A stretch of 63,614 nt of DNA, the filler included, from Octopus bimaculoides (lineage: Eukaryota), in the NCBI RefSeq assembly GCF_001194135.2. It is 5 parts of 5 records of this genome, joined end to end, with 100 filler letters (N's around TTAATTAATTAA, not from the genome) between each part and the next. Parts side by side here need not be neighbours in the genome. Positions count along the whole stretch, not along the records: positions 1 to 31,571 come from NC_068992.1; positions 31,672 to 39,749 come from NC_068991.1; 3 more parts are not named here. One strand, 5' to 3'. A model generated the notes under the pieces. The model searched no databases, was not told the DNA's origin, and was given only the letters and a program-made list of their open reading frames with translations. Each line of letters starts with the position of its first letter. The first letter of the stretch is position 1. Both the position numbers and the translations under genes were made by a program. This document shows, in pieces, positions 24,590 through 36,544 of the stretch.

Positions 24590-25170
24590 CGAATGGGTAG
24601 AAGCGTTTAAAGGGTGACACGAAATGTTTTGCGATATGTATTCCATTTTATTTTTACTTCTCTAAGTTCAAATTCTACCGAAGTAAGCTTTGCCTCGCTT
24701 CGTTTGGGGTAAATAAATAAGCAGGAATACAAAACAGAAGACACAGAAAAGTGTTAGAATGTTGGACAGCATTTGTATATTTCAGATGTGTGTTCTAAGC
24801 TCAAATACGGCCGAGGTCAGCTTTGCTTTTCATACATTCGAGGGATGGAGGTGACGGTCGATTAACTGAGAATATAAACGGCGGACAGACAGAATTGCTA
24901 GAATATTGGATGCCGTCGATGTCAACGATGTTTTAATCTTTCCGGGGTCGATAACATAAAGTACCAAAAAAGTACTGGGATCGATGGTGTCGACTAAGCT
25001 TTTCCCAGTGAAAATCACTGGCAGCCAGCTTAAATTAGAATTCATTATTATTCTTGATGTTGAGTCAGTGAGCTGACAGACTCGTTAGCACGCCGAGCAA
25101 AATGCATAACGGCATTTCGTCGGTCATAACGTTCTGAGCCCAAATTCCTCCGTGGTCGACTTTATCTATA
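24590..25170 (+). mobile_element. Cluster of four partial family A SINEs
   Basis: Repeated ttctaagttcaaatt..ccgaggtc..ctttgc motifs near 24660, 24795, 24930 and 25135. Confidence 0.7.
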
Positions 25171-25550
25171 GTAGAAGAAATAAATAACACGGTTGTCGTT
25201 ATTCATATAATTATTGTTGTGTAAAGACTCGTTTTAAAGCCCTTCTCGTTGTTTTGTTTCTGACGCATGTTGGATGACGTCGAGTTCGTTCAATGCTAAC
25301 ATATGTAGAAAGAAGGAGGAGAACTAATTTGATGACTTGGTGGAAGAATTTTATAATTTTCTTATTTACTTCTATTCTCAGCACAGAAATACATTTTTCA
25401 GTAAAAGTTATTAGGAGCTAATTATAGTAGTTATTGTGAGGAATATTTCCATTTAGGGAAGAAAAAAATTGTTGAGGAGAAAGAATAAACAAAAGACATG
25501 CAGTTTTACTGACTGCTCTACTAATGTAAACAACACGCGAATACATAGAT

Positions 25551-25600
<50 letters not shown>

Positions 25601-25695
25601 GCGCATACACGCACGCATACACGCGCGCGCGCACATAAATAATNNNNNNNNNNCAAAAAAAAAAAAAAAAAACGGTGACTTAGACGCTGATGACA

Positions 25696-26085
25696 ACTAG
25701 CGGGACCCGTGGAAATTCCACGGTGTAAGTCAGCATATTTTAAATACAAGCAATGAATTTCAAAAATTCTTTCGAAATCCTGCCATTTAATCAAAACTGT
25801 ACTGTGAAATATAATGGAAATGAATTTAGGTATTGCTTATTATTTCCCCACTTTTAATATGTTTGACAAATATGATGCACTTTACAGCTTCCTCAAAACA
25901 ACCTGGTCTTCCACAAAACAACCTTCCCCTTGGTTCCAAAAACCGGTTCTTTCTCTATTGACAAGAAATCTTGAGAAACTGAATAATAATATACATACAT
26001 ACTAACATACATACATACATACATACATACGTACATACATACATATATACACTCAGTCGTTTATATTGCTATTTAATATATAAGC
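25696..26085 (+). mobile_element. Candidate Helitron/Helentron-derived non-autonomous element with a (ACAT)n core
   Basis: Starts ACTAG with a subterminal palindrome CCGTGGAA-A-TTCCACGG; internal (ACAT)n; AT-rich tttatattgctatttaatatataag end. Confidence 0.45.
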
Positions 26086-26604
26086 AGTTCAGTTTATCGA
26101 ACATCTGGAATAGTCAGCGTCGACGTTGACGGAGAGTCAATTTACTTGATATAGGTGTGTGTCTTTGTGTGTGTGTGTGTGTGTGCTTTGACTCTATATA
26201 ATTTTGTCATATTTCTCAATTTCTTATTTGCATTTTCTGCTTGTGTATTTAGACACCAAAATATTTCCACTTGTAACAGAAATCTAATGTAAATTGTTCG
26301 TATTTCAGTTATGGCAAAAATAAAGAAATAAAAATCAATATTTATTAAATTAAATATTTAAGTAAGAATTATCTTGTAAATAAAGACATTAGGAAATTGC
26401 TTGCAGCATTTAAGTACCTACCATTACGTTGTGTGTTAACCCACCCCAGCATCGCCAGCACAACCACCACCAACATCACCAGCCGTCGAGTTACCTTCGT
26501 CTAAATTCTGGGTCGATAAAATATTTACCAGTCAAGTGCTTCATCTGTTTTCTTACTGAAAATATCTGGAAATGTGAAATAATGCATATGTCTGAAATCA
26601 TCAT

Positions 26605-26632
26605 CACCACCATCATCACCATCATCATCATC

Positions 26633-26681
<49 letters not shown>

Positions 26682-26708
26682 CCATCATCATCACCATCCC
26701 ATCATCAT
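26605..26708. repeat. (CAT)n microsatellite with CAC variants
   Basis: Direct. Confidence 0.95.
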
Positions 26709-26715
26709 TATGTAA

Positions 26716-26918
26716 GTCTGCGAGCTGGCAATATTGTTAACACACCAGAAAAAATGCTTGACGCCATTTCGTATACCTTTTACTATCTGACTTCAACTTT
26801 CACCGAGATCATCCTTGCCTTTCATCCTTTCGAGTCAATAATATAAGTACCAGTCAAACACTGGGGTCGATGTATTCGGCTCACCCACCCTCGGAATTGC
26901 TGGTCTTGTGCCAAAATT
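26716..26918 (+). mobile_element. SINE family A followed by (TTA)n (26928-26985)
   Basis: gcgagctggca...cttgcctttcatccttt cgagtcaataatataagtaccag...ctggggtcgatgta...aattgctggtcttgtgccaaaa. Confidence 0.85.
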
Positions 26919-26928
26919 ATCGTTATTA

Positions 26929-26984
<56 letters not shown>

Positions 26985-26985
26985 T

Positions 26986-27420
26986 GTAAGAGATACTTTT
27001 TCACAGCTCGTCACTTTGACTGAGCTGAGCTGCAATCCTGGATTAGGAGTAGACCGACGAGGGGTGCTTGGCACCTCAAGTGCCGTCAAGTGCTCACAAC
27101 CCTCTGCCAGGCGGGCAATGCGGTCGGTGGTAGTTCCTCTCTAGAGGGAAAGTGCGACGACGTTCTCGGGGAAACCCTGGGCGTCAATGAAAATCAACTA
27201 ACTGGTCTGTTTCGTAGAACTTTCGGGCATGGACATCTGGATAACTTCCAGAAATCCCTTGCTTGGCAGTGATACCGAGGGGTGCTGCCTGTTCGGGATA
27301 AACTTGTGGCCTGTTCGTTGTCTTGTACCTTGCTTAGCACATGTTTATACCACCTGCTGTCCGTTTTGATGTTGTAATGCTGGCATATTGTCCAGTGGAT
27401 ATAACTGCTAACTTTATCGT
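26986..27420 (-). mobile_element. Deleted 3' part of a second R4/Dong-like family ending in (TAA)n
   Basis: Reverse complement encodes DKVSSYIHWTICQHYNIKTDSRWYKHVLSKVQDNEQAT; a GC-richer 3' region runs into (TAA)n. Confidence 0.6.
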
Positions 27421-27812
27421 ATCTGTGTACATATTCAGACTTAGCATCAGTCCAAGTCGAGCAGGTCTATGATCAAAGTAATTCTAATTGTGACCATTCC
27501 GTTGTTTTCTTTTTTTTTTTCAGAGGTAATGTATCATGAGATACATTATCAAATATGGCGTTCCGTTTTTAAGACCGTGCGAGTGGTGTGTAGGAGAGTT
27601 TACTGCTGTTTTAAGTAGGTTCAGCAACTACGATGAAGCTCCATAAAATAATCGATATGGCTATCGAGCAAGTTATTGTACAAAATGGTTGAGACGTGAG
27701 TGGGGATTAATATTAGACCCCCATAAAGTAAAAGTCAATGAATCTCCTACGGTTTCCGCAATAATTATTCAGTTAATTGTGCTAGCGCGTGGCTTTATGG
27801 TTTGGATGCTCA

Positions 27813-28313
27813 GCAACGAGTCACTCTCATTCGCGTCTGGCTGTACTGTATTGCACTGTACTCAGTTATTTGATCAACTGAACACTTTGTTTATTGAATT
27901 AGCAAATAGATAGCTAAGCTTTGCACAGGCACCGTGCGATGTACTGTGTTCTTGATCAAAGCACTTCATTTCACGTTGATCCAGTGTAATTAAGCCGCAG
28001 ACAAGTACCAGCTGACTGCAAGTACAGTTCTCTCGCTCTCTTTCCATTCCTCTCTCTCATACTCACTCTCTCTCTCTTTTTCTGCCCTTCCCTCAAGTTG
28101 TCACAGGGCGAATGGACTGAAGGCTTTTTTCCCTGTCTGGCTGAAACTACGTAGGTCTTTAAAACAATTAGTGAAAGCATAATGTAGGGCAACGAGTCAC
28201 TCTCGTTCGCGTCTGGCACTGATAGCTGTACTGTATTGCACTGCACTCAGTTATTTGATCAACTGAACTCTTTGATTATTGAATTAGCAAATAGCTAAGC
28301 AATGCACAGGCAC
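27813..28313 (+). repeat. Dispersed direct repeat of about 120 bp (27813-27932 and 28189-28313)
   Basis: gcaacgagtcactctc.ttcgcgtctggc...cagttatttgatcaactgaac...gcacaggcac occurs twice. Confidence 0.9.
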
Positions 28314-28896
28314 TTGTACTTTTAACAGTAACGAACATTACAGAATGTGTGAAACAATAACAGCGAAAACTGATGCCTCAAGAGATCTAATACGTCGCAT
28401 CCAAAAGAAAAAATATATTTATTAATTTACACTTGCATTATTCATCATCTCATTGTTATTGTTACTGTTGTTGCTGTAGTTTACGTCAAACATGATCGAA
28501 CATTATCATGATCAAAGGTATTCCGGCTTCGACAATCACGTGCTGTTTGAGGCTGTCCAGGACAACACTATCAAAACATTCTTTCTTGTTTTGATGACTG
28601 TAGGGTGCAATTTTAAATAAAATTGGCTGCTATTTCTAGTTGATTGAGCGACCGTGTATGCTGAAACAATCAATTTTTATAATGGCCTGTGATACGGGAG
28701 AAGCTTTTGAACGTGTGACTGCGTGAAATTTGTAGGTTTTGGAAAAAGATTTCTGTAAAGTTTGGGACTATGAAAGAGGCGATATAGTAGGTTAGAAAAG
28801 GGACTCAAGTGGTTTTGAAGACTCTAATCGGTAAAGAAGGAATTTGTCGAAAAGATCGTAAATATTCTCCAAATATCCAAATCAAGTGTTAAAATT

Positions 28897-29357
28897 CATC
28901 TGCATCAACTTAGCTGTGTCAGTAGGCTCCATGTTTGGGTTTCACATTAAGTGAATGAGGCTAACCTTGCCCAAAGATTTTCCCCTTGAGATTAGTTGCA
29001 GAAACGTGAAGAAAACGATTCATTTTTTTTTAAGGATATGGTGACAGACGACGAAAAATAGATTGCCTATAACAATAGGAAGCACAATCGATCATAGGGA
29101 AAGAACGGCGAACCACTACAAACAACCTCCAAAACAGGATTTCACCCGAAGAAGTTTATGTTTTCAATTTGGTGGGTTGGAAGGGTGTTGTTTTTCACGA
29201 GCTTTGTCCTACGAACAAGACCTTCATGAATTCGGATGTGAACTATGACCAGCTGATCGAATTAAATGCAGCGATCCACCACAAGCGTCCAGCATTTCCT
29301 AATGTAAAGGGCATTGCTTTTCATCATGACAATGCCAGACTCCACACTTCTTTGCGT
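28897..29357 (+). mobile_element. Mariner (DD34D) transposase pseudogene fragment
   Basis: HLHQLSCVSRLHVWVSH, MVTDDEK*IAY, HPKK.M.SIWW.WKGVVFHEL and FHHDNARLHTS correspond to the WVPHEL, DEKW and HDNARPH motifs. Confidence 0.9.
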
Positions 29358-29359
29358 GT

Positions 29360-29600
29360 GGTATGTGTGTGTGTGTGTGTCTTTGCCTCTGTTCTTGCCC
29401 CTCACCACCGTTTAACTACCGGTATTGGTGTATTTATGTTCCCGTAACTTAGTGGTTCGGCAAAAGAAAACGATAGAATAAGTACCAGGCTTAACAACAA
29501 ATAATTATTGTGGTCGATTCGCCCGACTAAAACTCTTCAACGCATTGCCCCGACAGGGCCGCAGTCAAATGACTGACACAAATAAAAAAATAAAAGATAA
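29360..29600 (+). mobile_element. 3' half (E) of the composite SINE, starting in (TG)n
   Basis: cccgtaacttagtggttcggcaaaagaaaacgatagaataagtaccaggctt...gccgcagtcaaatgactgacacaaataaaa. Confidence 0.85.
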
Positions 29601-30417
29601 TACAGAGAATTTTTTAATGATGCTTAATCCAAGACGTTTATTTTATATCATCCTAATTTATATTCTCTAACCTCGGTAGATACATTATACAATATTTTTT
29701 AAGGATAATTTTTTAATGATTATTTTGTCCACAATATTATCGTAATATCCCAGTGAAGAATATTAGTCAAATCATCCACAGGCATAAACGAAGTTCTTGC
29801 TATTCCTGATGCGGATTTTCATGACTTCTTTAAATTTCACAACTGTTTTATATCGACAAATATTTGAATGGAAAATATTTACCCTACGAACAGCAGAACT
29901 GACTGTCTTAAAACAAGATTTTGTAATAAGATTTATTCACCGCAAAAATAGGTAGTCAGAAGTGGTAAGAGAAACCGCAATCAATAGTTCGCAATAGTCT
30001 TACAGCAGAATTGAATGTTTTACTGACTGATGGTTTCAGTAAATCTATCGATATTTTTTTTTTATTACCTATCGCGTTCTTATTCCAATCTGCCTACTTT
30101 TATATCTTTTCTTTTCATCACACTGCGCTTATTGTATTTGGGAGTGAAGTATTAATGGCTTCTTTTTTTTTTTTTTTTTTTTTTNNNNNNNNNNNNNNNN
30201 NNNNNNNNNNNNNNNNNNNNNNNNNNNNNNCTTTGACCAAAAAAAAAAAAACCCACTTCGTATTTCCTTATTTTGTATTTGTGAATGCAATGAATAAATT
30301 GAATAAATTTACTGTTTTTCTTTCATTATGCTTTTCCAAATAAAATACTTTAAAATCATTTTAATCTCAGGATAGCTTATGATGAACAGGCGGGCTAACG
30401 CAGAGAGAATCACACCA

Positions 30418-30465
<48 letters not shown>

Positions 30466-30467
<2 letters not shown>

Positions 30468-30640
30468 GGCGGGGCGGGCGATGCCAGAACCATTAGCACT
30501 CATTTCAACCGTCGTTATGTTGTGAACTTCCATACGGCCGAGTCAATAAAATAAATACCAGTCAAGTATTGGAGTCGATGTAATCGACTTCCCCTCCCTT
30601 CAAAAAACAGCTGGCTCTGTGCCAAAATTTGAAATTATTA
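30466..30640 (+). mobile_element. SINE family A embedded in (TTA)n on both sides
   Basis: (TTA)n at 30418-30465; ends gtgccaaaatttgaaattattattatc. Confidence 0.85.
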
Positions 30641-30755
30641 TTATCATTATCATATGCCCTAGTATAGTGCCAGGCAATGGCTTTCATGGCCATTCATCTT
30701 AACTGGTCGGAAGTGTTATCATGCACATTGTTTTGTCTTGGTATCAAAGATGGGA

Positions 30756-30811
<56 letters not shown>

Positions 30812-31059
30812 TACTTTTAATCTGCATGTTTATTACAATCACATGCCGAGACACACCTAGCCTCCTAGGGTGAATAACAGATGTTACAGTATGACTGAAA
30901 GCTTAGGGAGGGGAAGTGGCAGGGGTAGTAGCGAAATGTCTTCATGTGATACAACACAGACATTTAAACTGTATTACCATTATTATCATTATTATTATTA
31001 TTATTGTTGTGGTTGTTGTTGTTGTTGTATTTATTACTAATTAATATTATATACTTTCT

Positions 31060-31270
31060 AAAAAAAAACCTGAAATTTCGGTTGAGGGAGCTAGTCGATT
31101 ACTTAGACAGCAGTGCTCAGCTATTAGTTATTTCATCGACCACGAAAGGATTATATGCAAAGTCGATATTTCATTCTGTTAGAGGTCGATAAAATAAGTA
31201 GCAGTTGAGCACTAGAATCAATGTAATCGACAAGCTTCCTCGCCGCAATTTTAGGCTTTGAGTAGAAAGG

Positions 31271-31271
<1 letters not shown>
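31060..31271. mobile_element. Two overlapping family A fragments in opposite orientation
   Basis: Minus fragment at about 31060-31175, plus fragment at about 31170-31271 ending at (TTA)n. Confidence 0.6.
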
Positions 31272-31314
<43 letters not shown>

Positions 31315-31571
31315 CACTCTTCAGTAGTTTTATTTTTATAACGTGCTTTCACTTCACTACCGAGCGCAGCTCTGTGTGCCTTGGGTATGTGCTGTGGTTT
31401 GCTGTGATGCTCTTATGGTTACTGTATTGAAAGTGTTTTGCGTAGGATGTGTGCAGTGCCCAGTAGTGCAATTTTCTGTATGTTATATATATTTGTAAGT
31501 CCTGGTGTTTTTGTTATGTATTTGTCTGAATATTTTTTTATTATACCTAAGGCACCGACTATGATAGGAAT
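31272..31571 (-). mobile_element. Well-preserved 3' end of an R4/Dong-like LINE with stop codon, 3' UTR and (TAA)n tail
   Basis: Reverse complement reads IPIIVGALGIIKKYSDKYITKTPGLTNIYNIQKIALLGTAHILRKTLSIQ* (allowing a small indel), then a UTR and taataataa; same family as 19700-20203. Confidence 0.9.
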
Positions 31572-31671
31572 NNNNNNNNNNNNNNNNNNNNNNNNNNNNN
31601 NNNNNNNNNNNNNNNTTAATTAATTAANNNNNNNNNNNNNNNNNNNNNNNNNNNNNNNNNNNNNNNNNNNN
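31572..31671. other. Scaffolding linker N44-TTAATTAATTAA-N44 (also 39750-39849, 60053-60152, 62485-62584)
   Basis: Identical 100-bp structure four times; the 12-mer has stops in all six frames. Confidence 0.95.
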
Positions 31672-31714
<43 letters not shown>

Positions 31715-31878
31715 TACGACGGGCTTCTTTCAGTTTCCGTCTACCAAATCCACTGACAAGGCTTTGGTTGGCCCGAGGCTATAGTAGAAGACACTTGCCC
31801 AAGGTGGCACGCAGTGGGAATGAACCCGGAACCGTGTGGTTGGTTAGCAAGCTACTTACCACGCAGCCACTGCTGCAC
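31672..31878 (-). mobile_element. SINE family B 5' half with (TA)n, low divergence
   Basis: acgacgggcttctttcagtttccgtctaccaaatccact.acaaggctttggttggcccgaggctatagtagaagacacttgcccaagg. Confidence 0.9.
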
Positions 31879-32570
31879 CTATATGTATACGTTTCACCTA
31901 GTAGCACATCCATGCATCCATTGTATGACACCTAGAAGGGCGAGACAGGGTATGTATATCAGGGTCCTGTTGGTAACTACAGCTTAGCTGACTGGAGCAC
32001 CGGGAAATGAATGTGTTGCTCTCTCCAGGAATTAAGCCCGCGAACATATAATCTAGAGTCAACAGGCCGTAACCATTGAAGCACGTTCACTCGTATATTA
32101 TTTATACATATGATGTTAATAAAAAAAAGAAAAAAAACGTCATCACGCAATGAATCAGCAAATATATCTTAGCGCCACCGTCAAATATTCAATACAACAG
32201 AAAGAAAAATTTTAATTTACACGTATTAAAGGTTGATAATGGGTGCTGTTATTTAAGTCAGATTCGTTGAAAAAAAAAAAAAAAAGAATGTCGGTTGGAT
32301 TCATAATGCATAGTCGATCAGACATTGAACCCGCATAACAATACAACAACGATAACAATAAAAACAACAACAGCAGCAGCAGCAGTAGCAGCAGCAACAT
32401 TGAACAAGATAAACAACAATATTGAAATATATAATAACAGCAGTCGTAATAGACATACTTATAGTTATTGATGGTGAATTGCATGCCCGAGTAAATCTTG
32501 ACATTACTTAATTGTGCATATCTCGCAATATGCGTGTAGATATACATACGTATACATACATATCAACGTT

Positions 32571-32610
<40 letters not shown>

Positions 32611-32694
32611 CAAATATATGAGTGTGTGTATATGAAACTAATGGTAGCATACACAATAAATTCAAAATTAAATAATACATACATGGATATTTAC

Positions 32695-32730
<36 letters not shown>

Positions 32731-33969
32731 CGATCTATCTATCTGTCTATCAATATATATACATATATATATACATATATACATACGTATATATCTACAT
32801 ATATATATATGTGTGTGTATGTAACACGTTATTAATGTGACATGGTAAATATAATATACTTTTATATACAGTTATGTAATTATATACAAAGATTGTAAAT
32901 ATAATTACATTTCAACATAATTGCATAATCTTTTCACGAATGAGTTCATATATAAACTTATACGCACACACATACCCATGGCAAAAACATNNNNNNNNNN
33001 NNNNNNNNNNNNNNNNNNNNNNNNNNNNNNNNNNNNNNNNNNNNNNNNNNNNNNNNNNNNNNNNNNNNNNNNNNNNNNNNNNNNNNNNNNNNNNNNNNNN
33101 NNNNNNNNNNNNNNNNNNNNNNNNNNNNNNNNNNNNNNNNNNNNNNNNNNNNNNNNNNNNNNNNNNNNNNNNNNNNNNNNNNNNNNNNNNNNNNNNNNNN
33201 NNNNNNNNNNNNNNNNNNNNNNNNNNNNNNNNNNNNNNNNNNNNNNNNNNNNNNNNNNNNNNNNNNNNNNNNNNNNNNNNNNNNNNNNNNNNNNNNNNNN
33301 NNNNNNNNNNNNNNNNNNNNNNNNNNNNATATGTATGTATGTATGTATGTATGTATCTTTATATAGCGCACATTCATAAATATACATAAGCATACATACA
33401 TACATGCATACACACATACATACATACATACACATATATACCTATTTACATACATACAAACACACACACATACATACACACATACACGCACATTTCTCTT
33501 GTATCTATAATATACCGAAACTGGAATTACTCGTGGAAGACCACTGGCTGTCTGCGACTAGACGGTACCATTCACATAACAATCGTAATATATATAATAA
33601 CTGCCAAACTTTTCAATATTTTAAAATTGGAACTTGGTAAGACAGAATTTATTTGTATTCTATCTCTAATTATTTAATGAATAAATGTTTTGGTTAAAGA
33701 ATGTTCCACTTCAGAGCAGAGAATAAAGACTTTTGCTGAGTGACATATTTTTATACGAGACAGTTGTACATTTGGCGGGAATCAGAGAGACATCAAGTCT
33801 ATGTTTTCTTTTTTAATATATATTATAAACGCAAAGTTTGTGCATTTGTGTGGTGCCTTTTTGTGGATTACTGATGTCAGGTTTATAATTAAGGACATAC
33901 ATATATACGTGTGAGTGTGTGTGTGTGTCTGTGTGAGCGCGTATGTATGTGTTGGCAAACAGGACACAG

Positions 33970-34019
<50 letters not shown>

Positions 34020-34251
34020 TTATATATATATAAATAAATATATGTTCGTGTGTATGTGTGCGTGTGTGTCTGTGCGTGAATGTGTGCGTGCGTNNNNNNN
34101 NNNNNNNNNNNNNNNNNNNNNNNNNNNNNNNNNNNNNNNNNNNNNNNNNNNNNNNNNNNNNNNTTGTATGTATGTATATGCATTGAGAAATTGAGAAATA
34201 TTAATGAAAATAGGAAGCGGGGAATAGAGGAAGGAAAACAGAAAGGATTGC

Positions 34252-34254
<3 letters not shown>

Positions 34255-34290
<36 letters not shown>

Positions 34291-34339
34291 GAAGGAAGGA
34301 AGGAAGGAAGGAAGGAAGGAAGGAAGGAAGGAAGGAACA

Positions 34340-34370
<31 letters not shown>
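34255..34370. repeat. (AAAG)n/(AAGG)n compound tetranucleotide repeat
   Basis: Direct. Confidence 0.95.
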
Positions 34371-34442
34371 GCAAAAATCTGCTCAGCTGAGTATTTTATA
34401 GACATCACAATCAAGATCATGCTGGAGCACCACAAAATGTAT

Positions 34443-34584
34443 GGCATGGCTGTGTGGTCAGAAGCTTAATTCCGAGTTCAGTTCCGCTGCGTGGCACTTT
34501 TGGTAAGTGGCTTTCATTATAGCACAGGTTGACCAATGCCTTCTGAGTGAATTTGGTAAGCGGAAACTGTGTGGAAGCCCGTCA

Positions 34585-34624
<40 letters not shown>

Positions 34625-34875
34625 AATAAATGCGTGTGTGTGATATTGCATGTGTATTTTTGCGCTTGTGTTTGTCTCCTTCTTTCACAACCGGTGTTGT
34701 TTTCTTTACGTTCTCATAACTTAGCGGTTCGGCAAGTTAGAAACTGATAGAATACGTACCGGACTTCTAACAAAGAAAAATAAAAAACGAAAAACCATTG
34801 GAGTTGATTTTTGTAATTAAGCCCTGTAAAGCGATACTCTGGCTGCTGTCCGATGATTGAATCAAATAAAAAAAA
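34443..34875 (+). mobile_element. Composite SINE B-(TCTA)n(TG)n-E
   Basis: B head at 34443-34585, microsatellite, then E half cataacttagcggttcggcaag...gatagaatacgtac. Confidence 0.8.
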
Positions 34876-35350
34876 TAATAATTAAAAGATAAAATCAATT
34901 AATAAATAAATAAGAGATACAATCACGTGTTGTTTCCAACGGTCGATTAACACCAACTGTAAACATCGACCGGGATACCACAGAAGTCAAGCGGACAGTC
35001 AAACAGTTATACTGTGTATTTTATCTTTTGCACAGTTTCATGAAAACACATGAATAAAAGTGAACGAATCGACAGAGATACAAGTATTTATAGCTAATGT
35101 ATATCACGTAGAATAACATTTACTCTAAACATTTCGATAATGAGCATCATTCGCATGTTTCATACGTGAATGATATACCGTAATTTTGATTAACAGAGAA
35201 AGATAATGTATACAATGTACTGCGGAGAAATGACAGTTTAATGATAAATAATTGCTGTCTGTAAGAACATATGAACATACATTATTATCATAGCACTTTA
35301 GTTCGAAAACTTAGATAAGATATTGTAATTTAAGGCTTTAATGCATTCAT

Positions 35351-35511
35351 AGGCGCAGGCATGGCTGTGTGGTAAGAAGCTTACCTCCCAACCAGATTGT
35401 TCCGGGCTCAGTCCCGCTGCGTGACACCTTAGTCTGTGTCTACTGTAGCCTCGGGCCGACCAAAGTCTTGTGAATGAGAGTATTTGATAGACGGGAACTG
35501 AAAGAAACTTG

Positions 35512-35572
<61 letters not shown>

Positions 35573-35714
35573 ACCCCACACCACTTGACAACCGGTGTGG
35601 GTTTGTTTACGTCAACTTGCGGTTCGGCAGAGGAGACTGATAGAGTAAATACCAGCCTTAAAAGTATAAGAACTGGGGTCGATTCATTCGACTAAAACAT
35701 CCTTCAAAGGCGGT
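35351..35714 (+). mobile_element. Composite SINE B-(TG)n-E
   Basis: ggcgcaggcatggctgtgtggtaagaagc...gacgggaactgaaagaaac-(TG)n-accccacaccacttgacaaccgg...ctggggtcgattcattcgactaaaa. Confidence 0.9.
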
Positions 35715-35932
35715 AAAGATGACTTATATTTTCCAAAATTTAATTCCAAGGTTAACTTTGCTTAAAAGCTTTCTATTCTTGTTATCAGAAGCATGAAGGT
35801 CCATCCATCTTCTCCGTCTATTATTCCTGGCGCCGTCTTGAAGCTAAAGTCTCTAGAACTTCCACCACAGGGGCTTATCAGAGATGGCCGTCATTACACT
35901 TTCTGGTTGGATTCCTAAGCGTGACGAACTGA

Positions 35933-36044
35933 GATGGAAAATTTTACTAGCAACTCCACCAGTGCAGCTATGGGAACTAGAATGGGTCCAAGCTATGCTA
36001 ACCTTTTTGTAGGTTGCGCTGAGGCTGAAATCCTTGCTCAGTTC
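35933..36044 (+). mobile_element. Penelope-like RT motif fragment
   Basis: DGKFY*Q...AAMGTRMGPSYANLFVGCAEAEILAQF matches the PLE QxxGxAMGxxxxPxxANLF motif. Confidence 0.85.
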
Positions 36045-36049
36045 ATTGA

Positions 36050-36240
36050 TCCACTTTGGGTATAATCGAACCATCTCATTCTTGGTCTACCCCTAGGTCT
36101 CTTTTCAGCGGGCTCGGCTTGAAGATTCCTCCCTATGACGTACCAGAGCTGCGACCTTTCAATGTGGAGAAATAGGGCCCAACTTAGAAAGACTTGCTGA
36201 ATTCCGAGCTACAGACCTTGTCGTGTAACATTACTCCAGA
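36050..36240 (-). mobile_element. RTE-clade LINE C-terminal fragment
   Basis: Reverse complement reads GVMLHDKVCSSE.SK...PLFLHIERSQL(R)WY...ILQAEPAEKRPRGRPRMRWFDY. Confidence 0.75.
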
Positions 36241-36544
36241 AACCCTTCGCAGGAATCCTATGTTGACATTTGTCAAAAGAAGAAACAGGCGTTAGAAACT
36301 GGAAAGTGGAGGGAAAACACCTGCCCAATTAAATCTAGTCTTTCGAAACAGAGCTTCTTAATCACAGCGTCATACCTGTGTCTATAATCATGCTTACAAC
36401 TATGATTAAATAACTTTGCATTTGATATTGAATTTTCAGCTAAGAACCTTAAGATGGACTTCTACACCTCAATTTACAGAATTCTACATTATCTCAGGTT
36501 GATAAAGGAGAAAAAGTATTACATCGACAAAGCAGGTGTTAGAC

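Noticed and set aside
20204-25170. Regularly recurring repeats that might suggest a CRISPR-like array
   Set aside because: Variable length, orientation and spacing; degenerate SINE copies in a eukaryotic genome
31616-31627. Repeated TTAATTAATTAA as a biological motif
   Set aside because: Always centred in exactly 44+44 Ns; a synthetic linker
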